From contig OZ024743.1 of assembly GCA_964016885.1 (NCBI GenBank), forward strand, positions 361,646,001 through 361,710,000: DNA of 64,000 nt, written 5' to 3'. This stretch comes from Eledone cirrhosa. Its lineage: Eukaryota. Made by a program: the position numbers and the translations under genes. Below are positions 24,298 to 36,125 of this stretch, one piece after another. The notes under the pieces are model-generated. The model ran no database searches, was not told where the DNA came from, and saw nothing but the letters and a program-made list of their open reading frames with translations. Positions within the stretch are counted from its first letter, which is position 1. The number at the start of each line of letters is the position of its first letter.

Positions 24298-25258
24298 GGT
24301 ATGTATATATATACATACACATATATATATGTGTGGGGGGGGGTAGAGAGCTGGGGTGGAATCAATGTACATGTTAGATGTTGCTTGCTTGTCTTAGTTA
24401 TGTTCCTTTAATTTTATAACAAGATTACACGATATAAAATGTTTGTGTGTGTAAGAAAAGAAAAGAGTGGGGGAAGAGGAGGAGTTTGTTGGACGCTTAG
24501 ATCTTGCTATGTATTCATACACACCTCACTTCACGGTAGATAATTAACATTGTCGTTATTATCCTTTATAGCCGTAGTAACTTAGTTAATTATGAAGGAA
24601 ATCTTCCAACTTTTGTAATTAGCTAAAGTAGGATTATATAACGAACCGATAAACTCAGCAAATCTATAAGTGTTTCATTCAGATCAAATTAAGATGTAAG
24701 TGACTTAACTGTGAGAGATGGTCAATTAAATGTGTCAGTAAATATTTTCGTAACGCAGTGATGCCACAACTGAATAATATGAATCTGCCATGGAGTGTCA
24801 TACAGTGAATAGCTATGATGATTAATATAAGAAAGCATTTATTTAATTATGTGAGTCTGCTATAGTATGTTATGCACTATATAGGTGTGATGATTGATAT
24901 AAGTAGGCTACTATTGAATAATATCAATCTAACATATGGTAGATTCATGTACAAATATAGTAGAGCTTCAATTATGCAATATTGAACATTTTATATCTTC
25001 ATTCAGTTGAGATTATCCAAGCAATTAGTGTGGATAAACTCCATCAACATGTTTCTGTTTATTTAATATAGAAATATCAAGCAAGAAAACTATAATCATT
25101 TGATCAGAATTGTTGAAGAGGTATATGCTATTTAAAGCTGCCTTATGAAAGCAAGTGACATCTAGTCATATTACAACTCCACAACGAAGCATATTCCATT
25201 CAGTACAAGTAGTCAATATATACATGTAGAAACAGAGGTTATGTAATGACATTGATTA

Positions 25259-26973
25259 CACCGTGTAACAAAAAAAGAATTTTCTCTGTTCCTGGCTTGT
25301 AATCACTTTTTTGTGTTGCTTAGGTCCCAAATAAATAAACAAGTGCTATTAAACAGTTAAAAGTTTGGGTTTGTAAAAATTCTAAGCTTTTCTAGAATTA
25401 TTTGTATGCTGGATTTTACGTTGTATGTAAGTTTAATTTGCTTATGCTAAATGATTTTTTTCTATATGTTTCAGGTTAAATTAAAATGATAAAATAAAGA
25501 GTAATACCTAAAGAAAATTATAAAAGTGCAATAAAGTATAAAATTGTTAAAAAGTGGATTAAAGTGATTTATTGATACTGGATTTTCGCACCCTGAATAG
25601 AGGGTAAGTTGTGTTTTAAGCTTTCGTCTCCAGGATGAAGAAATGGAACTTGGTCAAGGAGGAAGTGCAGGTAACAAGTCAGAGAAGTCGACACGAACCT
25701 TTCTCAGGCTTTTAAACTCTTAGGAATAGCCTCTGCTTCTGCCATGAGTGCCTGGACTGTTTTGACGTTATTGGAGTGCCGTTTGTGCCCAAGGAGTGGC
25801 GGCTATTTATAGACAGCTCCACCACAAGTTTGAAGGCTGTCCTCCTCCACAATGGAAACAAATTACCAACATTGCCCCTAGCTCATTCAGTCTGCCTGAA
25901 GGAAGACTAGTACAGTGTGAAAGTCCTGGAAGCTCTGCAATACAACCAGTACAATTGGGAAATCATTGGAGACTTCAAGATGGTGGCTTTCCTGCTTGGA
26001 CTCCAAGGAGGCTTTATCAAATTACAATGCTTCCTCTGCCTTTGGGACAGCAGAGCCACCTCTGACCACTACAAAAGAAAGAACTGGGAGCAGCGAACAG
26101 AATTTGTAGTTGGGACCCGGAACGTCATGTGGGAGCCAGGATTGTGCTTACGCCGCCACTGCACATTAAGTTGGATTTGATGAGGCATTTTGTGAAGGCT
26201 CTCAACCAAGAATCAGCCGCTTTTAAGTACCTTCTTGAGTTCTTCCCCAAGTTATCTGAGGCCAAAATCAAAGGTGGAATTTTTGTTGGACCTCAGATAA
26301 AGAAGGTGCTTGAGTCTACCGAGTTCTCCAATAAGCTCAATAGATTTGAGAGAACAGCATGGAACTGTTTCAAGGCAGTTGTTAAGGGCTTCCTGGGCAA
26401 CTACAGAGCTGAAAACTACCAGAAACTGGTGCAGGATATGATAAAGGCTTTTGGCGCCATGGGATGCCGCATGTCGCTTAAACTCCATATGCTGGACGCT
26501 CAGCTGGAGAAATTCAAGGACAATATGGGTGCCTACTCAGAAGAACAAGGCGAAAGATTCCACCAAGATGTGAAGGAGATAGAGCGGAGGTACCAGGGCC
26601 ACTACAATGAAAAAATGATGGGAGACTATATCAGGGGGCTAGTGCGGGAATGCGACCTGGACTACAACCACAAATCCAGGAAATCCAGTCATTTCTGACG
26701 TATATAAGTTGCTTTATTAATTTTTTTATGGTTTTACTTCTTTGCTTTTGATAAGCTTGTGTAATAAAATAAATATATACTCTGTTGATTTAATTATAAA
26801 TTTTAAACAAATGTGTTTTTTCTTGAAAAATATGAAAATTTCGAAATATCAAACTCATGACCACAAACCCAAACTTCTGATTAAATAATAGTGTTTTTTT
26901 TTTATAATAATGGGATATAACAAACCATGAAATGACACTTAGAACCGGGGAACAAAAAATATGTTACACGGTG
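25259..26973 (+). mobile_element. Chapaev3-like (CMC superfamily) DNA transposon, internally deleted
   Basis: 12-bp TIR CACCGTGTAACA (25259-25270) / TGTTACACGGTG (26962-26973) with TTA on both flanks; transposase remnant inside. Confidence 0.85.
25630..26698 (+). pseudogene. DDE transposase remnant (C-terminal catalytic region) with stops and frameshifts
   Basis: WRLFIDSS..SLKAVLLHNGN, GDFK, CFLCLWDSRA, PPLHIKL, GIFVGPQI, MSLKLHML, SEEQGERFHQD across three frames. Confidence 0.85.
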
Positions 26974-27699
26974 TTATGAGTGTCAAACGTATTATCAACG
27001 GAAATATCATAATGCTGCATTCGGCATACTAAGTAGAATTACGGTAGGTCTTCATATATGTAATATAGTGAGTTGCAGATCTTCGAGTCACTGATATTAT
27101 CCATGTAATCAGCCATGCAAGTGAAGTAAATTAATTTCGATACCACTTCAATCTGATCTTTCACCTACGAACTCAGTCGTCTAGTAAAGGTCAACATAAC
27201 AACATAACACATTTTACTTGTCCTAGAAAACATTAATTATGTCAAATCGAATATCAATCGACGTTAATGGCACTGATTTTCCTTTATAAATGTATAAATG
27301 TCTACCACTGATATATTAGTTTCAAATGAACGAAATATAAATATTCCATTCATTTGACGTCTATGTACTTCATATTGTCTTCACTATGTTTATCGCCATG
27401 CGGCTAGGTTTAAAAAAGTATATCTTAATTTCAAATGTGACATCACTGTTTTCATATGGCCATAATTTTCAGCTGGCCATAAGGTACCTTTGGCTGTTTT
27501 AAACTGTTTCAAGTAATCCCTTCTACCCAGTTACATTTCCTTACCTCCTTCATACAGATTTGGATGGTAAAATTAACTTGGGTATTAGATTTAGTTGGTG
27601 GTTCGGTTTGTTTCCACACAAGGTTCTGGCGAGAGATTAGAGGAATCTACTCTGTTGCAAGCATTCGAATCAGAACTCCAATGTGAGAATACCTTCTTC

Positions 27700-27975
27700 C
27701 GAAAAAGATTGAATGGTCACACGTAGAATACATTTTGCCCATCAGCAATATCATCCTTATCAGGTGACTCCAACTTATAGTTCATACCATGTAAGGCAAC
27801 GAACCTGCCACTAACGTTTTACTATGGAATCCCAGAAATGTGAAATGCAAAAGCAGTATACCTCTCAGGATATTGAAGAAAATACAGAATTGCCCGGCAA
27901 AGAACTGCAGCAATTAATTATGGATCATATGAAATGGAAAAGTGTTATCATGTCACCATGAAGAAATGGATGATT

Positions 27976-28035
<60 letters not shown>

Positions 28036-28068
28036 TAGTAGTAGTATTAGTAGTAGTAGTAGTAGTAG
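27700..28068 (+). mobile_element. Probable 3' end of a degraded RTE-like LINE with (AGT)n tail
   Basis: EPATNVLLWNP and ELQQLIMDH..W-like C-terminal motifs, followed by (TAG)n at 27977-28068. Confidence 0.45.
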
Positions 28069-28768
28069 TTGATGGCAGAAAACTCGCAAATGCATTGTTT
28101 CACTGAAATTGTGCCGTATTATCTGCCCCTCGTTATGTACTCGGTGCATTCCCTGATGCACCTCAGTGCAGCTTCAATTTCCGCTTGGGGAATTATTGCC
28201 GCTTTTTTCGTCCAGGTTGAAATGCATCTGAAATACAACGTTCTTCTCTCCGCCGCTTTCATGCTTCCGCCGGGACAGCTGAATTCGCCCAGGTTTGCTC
28301 TTCTTTGATGAGCTTCCAGGCCTGGGACAACTTTTTATCTTTTTTTGCTGAAGTCCTTGCTGAAGCGTCGCCTCTTGTCGTCTTTTTGGGTGTGCCGAAC
28401 CGAAAGTGTTTTTGTTTTTATTGTTGGTGGTTGTGTTGTTGCTGTTGTCGCTGTTGTAATTGGTGGTATTCTTCGTGTCATTGTTGTTGTGGTTTCCATG
28501 TTCCATTTGGTGTTGTTTTTTCACTTCGTTGTTGCTCCTGGGGTTGTTATTGTCGTTGTTCTCTTTAGTTGTTTAGAAACAAACATTTTCTTGACCCAAA
28601 GGTCAAATATTTGTGCCAAAGTATTATAGAGTTTCTCATTCACATGGCATAGAAGGAAGTCTTACGACCTTTTTCAAAATATATAACAATCAATGGAAAT
28701 GAAAATGAAACGAAAAATGTACCACTTTGCGGAGCTAAAAACAAACACGTCTACACTATCTGAGAGCC

Positions 28769-28805
<37 letters not shown>

Positions 28806-29117
28806 TTTTCTTTATTAACCACAAGGGTTTACATAAAGTAGACATTAAGGACAGTACAGGACAATACAGGACGGTACAAATGGGCATTTCTGCGTGTAAA
28901 AAAAACAGAGGATGTAATAAAATAACAAAGAAAAATTCCCCAATAGGAGGGAGACTTCCGAGGGACATTTGTGGAGAAAGCCCATTAAAAGACCACAGTG
29001 ACCCTGACCACGAGGGCAAGTGCCCTCTCCCAGTTTGCCACCTTTAATTTACAGACACATACTTAGAGAAGGCCCATTCATTCGGGCCATACTTGCTTCT
29101 CTCACCCATCTTTCAAC
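28769..29117 (-). mobile_element. Tx1-like 3' fragment (~310 bp, subfamily A2) with (TAA)n tract
   Basis: (TAA)n 28769-28804, then the reverse complement of the conserved 3' end, 3' UTR and last ORF2 codons (RMNGPSL). Confidence 0.88.
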
Positions 29118-32100
29118 AATAATAATAATAATGATTTCTTTATTGGCCACAAGGGCTGACATCAAGAAAAACATTACAGACGGCACAGGACGGTACAGGA
29201 CGGTACGATGTGGGTTTTGTGCGTGTAAATATTTTTATTATTTATATAAGAAAAGAAAAAAAAGGACATAGAAACATATATATATATAAACAATAAAAAT
29301 GAAAATTGAAACAATGAAAAATTCCCCAATATGGGGGAAACCTCCGAGGGTTACTCGTGGCGAAAACCACACAAAAGACACGGCCACCCTGACCACCAGG
29401 GCAAGCGCCCTCTCTCAATTTTTCCATTTATCAAACTACAGACGTATATTCAGAGTGGTCCCGTTCACTCGGACCATTCTCGCTACATTCACCCACCTTT
29501 CAACAAACTTGCTAGAAGACAGCACTTGCCTCTCAACTCTGATTTTCCTCTTCAAGTCAAACTTGAAAAAGTTAATCAGGGATTCGCCGAAGAGGAAAGT
29601 ATCTGTCTTTAACCTTTTAACCAATCTCTTTCGCCATGGCCACCAGGCAAATGAAAACCGCCTGCCCTTCCACCTGCACGATGGACTCAGTTGATAACCG
29701 GATCAGTCCTACACACGACAGCAACTGTTCGACATAGCTTAACAAGTCAGCAGTGCTCGGAAGTGAACGAGTGGGTGCACGACGGTTTCGTCGTTCTGCG
29801 CGCATCTCGAACAGGCTCGGCTAACGGGACTTCCGTGCCTGTAGAGCTTATCTCGAACCGGCAAAGCTCCCCGGTAGCACTGCCAGGCCAGGGATTTCTG
29901 GAAGTTATCCATAGGACCTGGGCTGAAAGTTCTCCGGAAGAGAGCAAACAGCTGATTTTCTTCGACGCCCAGGATCTCTCCTAGAACGTCGTCGCTCTTC
30001 CCCTCCACTAGTCCTCTATAGAACGCCGAGGTGGATGTTCCACCAATACTGGTGCCCAGCTGGCAGAGGGCAGTGAGCACCTGGAGACATTCCAGTTTCC
30101 AAACGCTATCCCTCGGTCTTTTCCTGACCCAAGACTGCAATTCCGTCAAGGAAACAAGCTGTGGGAAAACGTGCCTGGCGAACGGCGACCACACTTTTTC
30201 ACCGTCAAGAAAGCCCCAGAGATGTCGCAACCTCAGCGCATTTTTGCGCATCATCAGCCATGGCATGCCCAGTCCTCCACGCAACGGGTGTTGACAGCAG
30301 ATGGATCGTCTGACCATGGGGGCGTGTGCCTTCGACAAAAAGCGGAAGAGGAGGCTTCCATTTTGTCGAGAGTTGGGCCGGGGCAAGGGACGATGGTGAG
30401 GCGGTAGCAGATGACGGATGCGATGTACGGATTCCCCACCTCCGCCCGACCTTTCAGAGACAGCCTCCTCTCTCTCGGCCCATTTCTGGGTGAGAGAGAG
30501 AGCACCCTGCTCGTCACTTCGCTTCAGTTTTTCTCTATCTGGAAGTCCGGACTGAACCAGACCCAGAGCAATTTAACCGTTCCGTCCATCCAGCGCCCCA
30601 CGACGCTGTCGGATGGCATGGACTTGCCACTCCAGGTGCCGAGTTGCAGGCCCACCGACTTTTCCTGGTTTATCTTTGCTCCTGTCACCGCTTCGTATTC
30701 CTTGAGAGCGGTGCCGAGCATCTGGACGAGTTTGGTGCTCAACACCACCACGGTGACGTCGTCGGCGTAAGCTGACACGGACCTCCCGCATCCCAGTTCG
30801 CGTGGGGCGCCCCTCATCTCCCCTAGTTTGTGCAGTAACGGCTCGACAGCCAATACGTAGAAGATGGACGAGAGGGGACAACCCTGGCGGACCGAGCGCA
30901 TGATGCTGAACGGCTACGACAGGGCACCCTCTCGCAACTGAGCAGATGTACCTGTACATCGCAGCGATTCAACCCCTGAAAACGGGCCCAAAACCGGCTG
31001 CCTCGAGGACCGCCGCCATGTACCGATGGTCGACCCTAACTAATGCTTTGGATTGATCCAAATTGATCAGGGCCCCACCTGTGCCAGGTTCCTTAACCGC
31101 CCTCTTTACGATGTATCGCATGAATTGGAGGTTGTCGTGTATGGATCTGTTCGGAATGGCGCATAACTGCGCCTCTCCCACCAGACCCTCGAGGACAAGC
31201 GCCAACCTTGTTGCTAACGCCTTGACCAAAATCTCTAACTCTGCGTTTAGCAGGATTATGGGCCTGAAGTTATCGATAACATCCCCCTTGTTCGGGTCTT
31301 TTCTCAGCAGCGCCACCTGCTCACAAGACTGGGAATGCTCCCGTTCTACTGCCAGTTGCAGTAGACGTCTGCCAAGAGGTCACCAAGCAAGTCTGGCATA
31401 AATGCATAAAGCTCGTAGAGTAGACCATCCAAACCTGGCGATTTACCCCTCGTGCAGTTAGCTATCGCTTCCCGTATTTCACCGGCTGTTATTGGCTTTT
31501 CGCAACACTGTGCTGCGGTCGTCGACAGCCGAGCAGTCCATCGAGGTATGCACTGAAGTCCATACACCGATCCGGCCCGCTGCCGCTCCCTAACAGTTCA
31601 GCAAAGTGCTGCTGAAAAGTCTTACACATCTGCTCGTGTTCGAGCAACACGCGCCCATTTGGGTCAGACTGAATTGTGGCTTTGTTGCCACATCGAGCCT
31701 CTGCCACCCGGGCCCATTGGACGGCTTTTGTCCCCTCGTATTTCAGAGCACGCGCTCTAGCTCTGACAACGCAGCCTTCGTGTTTTGCGTTGAAGAATTG
31801 GTCGAGTGCCAATCTCTGCGCAAGCTCGTCGGTTGCGATGCCTGTCCTAAACGCCTCTTCTAGCTTTCTGACTAGCTCTCCCTCTACTCTATTTTCCTCT
31901 ATCACTAGTCCTTTGCTAAACCTATTCGAGTCTATTTTAATTGACCGTTTCAGGGCAAACCACCACCCGTTGTTCACGACCGCTCCCGTCAACGCCCGCT
32001 TAACTAATACGCTAATTCGGTCTCCAACTGTTGTTGGGAATTTTTGTTTAAAAATTTGTACTGTTCTATTTTGATATCAATGATGTTTATGTTTGTCGAA

Positions 32101-34185
32101 AGAGTACTTGGTGTTGGTGGGGTGTAGTAGTTTTGTTTCTGTGATATCTGTGTACTGCTTTATATATTGTATGAGTTCTTTTTTTTTGCCATGTTCATGG
32201 CTGTGTACTTTTTGGAGGGAGGGGTGATTGTGTTGCTGTTTTCTTCTTGTTGCTGTTGGGTGTGTGTGTTTTATTGTGTTTGAGTTGTTGGTGTTTTTGG
32301 TGATGGTGGTGGTGGTGTGGTTGTTGTTGGTGGTGGTGCTTCTGGTGGTGATGGTGATGGTGGTGGTGTTGCTACAAGTTTCCTTGCAGCCTTTACCCCT
32401 CTTTGTGTGCCTTCGCTTTTGGAGGGTGAAGATAAGGGGTTTTTTTTTCTTTTTTCTTTTTTGTGGCAGACTGTTTGTCACTTCACTCCCGCCTCAGACT
32501 CCATGTCGGATTCCGTGACATCTGGGAAGGGTATGTGCTCCACGGCTGTTGGTGGTGGTAGTGGAGCCCTCTCCGGCAATTTTGTTGCTGGTGCAGCTAC
32601 TGCAAATGTAGATACTGGTGTTGCTACCACTGCTGCTGCTTTAGTTGTCCGTGGCCTTGGTACGGATGCCACGGACGTTGCCATCCTACTCAACGTGGAA
32701 GGGGCTTCTGCGTTTGTTTCCTGCCCTGCTCTGGGTACAGCGGACCAGGTATTAGAAGGAGAGGGGCCTTCTTCTTCGCTGTCTTCTGCGGGCAAAAGTT
32801 CCTGAGGTGACCCTTTGACCCACAGATATAACATTTTGGCCGTCTTCCTCCACGCTTATAGGGAGTTGGAGTCATTCCTCAAGGTCTATGATATCGGGGA
32901 TAGCGTCGATACACTCCTGGTCAGTTTGTATAAGCATTTGCATGCCTATACTTGATCAGTTCTCTCTCCCTATTTTTTCTACTTGCAACCTTGTCGTCCT
33001 GTCCTCGATTTCAGCAAGGGCAGACGCGGCCAGCCAAGATATGGGCACGTCGGGTGGGACCTGGGTCACTTTGACCCTCACAATTTTCTTCCCGCAGTAG
33101 GAGGGCACCAAGACTATCTCCTCACTCTTTAGGGTTTCCAAAGAGTGATACTTCGCTTCTTAGGGGTGGCGAAAAGTACGTCTACTGTGGCGTACTTTCT
33201 GCCTCGGTTGATGTGGGTTTTGCGCCCCCAGACACACCCTAAGGCCTTTGGGATTTGAGCCTCCATGGCTTTCTCCACCCGATGTGACATTTTGCTTACG
33301 GTGCGGTAAGTCACCGTGCGTAGCTGCTGGTCCTTGAAAACATCGGGTGGAGGTTTCAGGGAAACTCTATTGGCGTTTCTTGTCACCATGGCCTTTGCGA
33401 CTGCCATCTCCTCCTCTGTGACTAACACTGTCTCGATATTTCGGCCCACACCTGCAAAAGAAGTTGTCCCTTTTTCAGCGGCACACTATTGCTGCCGCTA
33501 CTGATCTTGCTGGTGGTGCTGAGATCGCTGTTATAGGTATCGATGTCATTGTTGATGTTTTCGTTGGTACTGTTGTTGCTGTTATTGTTGTCATTGTTGT
33601 TGTTTTCGTTGATACTGTTGCTGTTGTTACTGTTATTTTGGCTGTTGTTATTATTGTTGTTTTTGTTGATACTGTTCCTACTATTATTGTTGTTGTGGAT
33701 GTTATTATTGTCATTGTTATTGTCGTTCTCGACCTTACCGCTGCTATTTTTGTTGTTGCTGTTGTTATTGATGGTGTTGTTGGTGTTATTGTTGGTGTTG
33801 TTTGTGTTAGAAATATTTGGTAATTTTAAATCTGTAACAATATCATTAAAAATGATATTGTTCCTCTTTTCCTTCGTAATATTTTCTTTTAAATTTACCC
33901 CCGCTGGAACGCTGTGTTGTTGATATGTCGACAAAGTCTCCCTCTCTCTGTGTTGTCTGACAGCGCTCTCTTTCTTTCTTGTGTTATCCATGTTGAAAGA
34001 ATTTTTTTTTTCAAATAATATTGTTACATAATACGACACCCCCTAAAGGGGTGCCCTATTATTTACGAGTGAACCCCTGTATTAGGTGTGTCATTTCTTC
34101 TAAACTGTTATCAAGTTTAAAACTTGAATAAAATGTTTAGAACGGTTGAAAACGAGGTAAACTTTTGAAAAAAACAGGAAGCGAT
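29118..34185 (-). mobile_element. Tx1-like element (subfamily A1) with ORF1 and RT but the APE domain deleted
   Basis: 3' end matches the element ending at 16506. RT motifs 29700-31990; ORF1 pieces 32030-34039 (CYICGSKGHLRNFC, Asn-rich N-terminus). The 5' boundary is uncertain (34040-34185). Confidence 0.9.
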
Positions 34186-35808
34186 ATAATAATAATAATG
34201 CTTTCTTTATTAACCACAATGGTTTACATAAAGTAGACATTAAGGACAGTACAGGACAATACAGGACGGTACAAATGGGCATTTCTGCGTGTAAAAAACA
34301 AACAAAAAAAACAGAGGATGTAACAAAAAAAATAACAATGAAAAATTCCCCAATACGACTGAGACTTCCGAGGGACATTCGTGGAGAAAGCCCATTAGAA
34401 AGCCACAGTGACCCTAACCACCAGGGCAAGTGCCCTCTCCCAGCTTTCCACCTTTAATTTACAGACACATACTCAGAGTAGGCCCATTCACTCGAGCGAT
34501 TCTTGCCTCTCTCACCCATCTTTCAACAAAATGCTGGGAAGAGAGCACTTCCCTCTCTATCCTGATTTTCCTTTTCAAATAAAATTTGAAAAAGTTAATC
34601 AGGGCATCACCGAAGACGTAAGTGCTCGTCTTCAGCCCTTTCAAACGTGTCCACCATACTATCTCTTTCGCCATGACCACCAGGCAGATAAAAACTGCCT
34701 GCCGTCCCGGTTAAAGGAAGAGGGCGGGGCGATCCTGACGTAGGACTCAGCTGATAGCCGGATCCGTCTACACGCGACAGCAGGTGTTCGACATAAACCC
34801 ACAAGTCAGCAATGATCGTACACTGGACGAGTGCGTGCAGGACGGTTTCGTCGCCCAGCGTGCATCTAGGACATGCCCGGCTGACGGCACTTCCATGCCT
34901 GTAGAGTTTATCGCGAACTGGCAAAGATCCTCGGTAGCACTGACAGGCTAGGGATTTCTTGAAATTGTCCAGAGGCCCCGGCACCGAAAGTTCTTCCGAA
35001 GAGATTGGCTAGTTGATTTTCGTTGACGCCTAGAGTTTCCCCAAGCACATCGTCGCTCTTCCCCTCCACTAATCCTCTATAGAACGCCAAGGTGGAGTTT
35101 CCACCGATCGCATTGCCCGATTGGTCTAGGGCCGTGAACGCCTGAAGACATTCCAGTCTCCAATCGCTCTCTCTCGGTCTTCGCTTGACCAAGGACTGCA
35201 GCTCCATCAAGGACACGAGCTGGAGAAAGACGCGTCTAGCAAACGGCGACCACATCTGATCACCGTCAAGGAAGAGGTGGAGATGTCGTAGCCTGAGCCC
35301 GTGTCTGCGCATCATCAGCCACGGCATGCCTAGCCCTCCACGTAGCGGGTGTTGACAGCAGATGGACCGCCTTACCATCGGAGCGCGTCCCTTCCACAAA
35401 AAGCGAAAGAGCAAACGCTCCAGTGCAGTCAGGCGAGGCTTAGGACAAGGCACGACGGTCAGGCGGTAGTAGATGACGGACGTGATGTACGCATTCGCCA
35501 CCTCCGGTCGACCTTTCAGGGATAGCTTCCTCTCTGCCCATTTCTGGGTGAGAGAAGCCACCCTGCTCGTCGCCTCATCCCAGTTTTTGTCCGTCTGAAT
35601 GTCCGGACCTAACCAGGCCCCTAGCAATTTAACCGGTCCGTCCTTCCAGCGCTCGACGACGCTGTTGGACAGCATGGACCTACCTCTCCAGGTGCCGAGC
35701 TGCAGGCCCACCGACTTTTCCTGGTTGATCATTGCTCCTGTCACCGCTTCGTATTCTCTTAGTGTGGTGCCGATCGCCTCGATGTGTTTGGCGTTCGACA
35801 CCACTAGG
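34186..35808 (-). mobile_element. Tx1-like 3' fragment (~1.6 kb, subfamily A2) with (TAA)n at both ends
   Basis: ORF2 C-terminus from VVSNAKHIEAIG to CPRC...HALVQC, plus 3' UTR. Confidence 0.9.
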
Positions 35809-36125
35809 ATAATAATAATAATAATGCTTTTTTTATTAACCACAAGGACAATACAGGACGGTACAAATAGGCATTTCTGCGTGTAAAAAAAACCCAGAGA
35901 ATATATGAAAAAAAACAGAAACAATGAAAACATTCCACAATAGGGGAGAGACTTCCGAGGGACATTCGGGAGAAAGCCCATTAAAAAAGCCCCGGTGACC
36001 CTAACCACCAGTGTAAGTGCCCTCTCCCAGTTTTCCACCTTCAAGTTACAGGCGCATACTCACAGTAAGGCTCATTTACTCGGGCCATGCTTGCCTCTCT
36101 CATCCATCTTTCAACAAAATACTGG
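35809..36125 (-). mobile_element. Tx1-like 3' fragment (~310 bp, subfamily A2)
   Basis: (TAA)n 35809-35825, then a 3' UTR homologous to 28805-29117. Confidence 0.85.

Noticed and set aside
34908-36044. 378-aa ORF as a novel gene
   Set aside because: Chance read-through from one element's 3' UTR across (ATT)n (poly-Ile) into the truncated ORF2 of the next.
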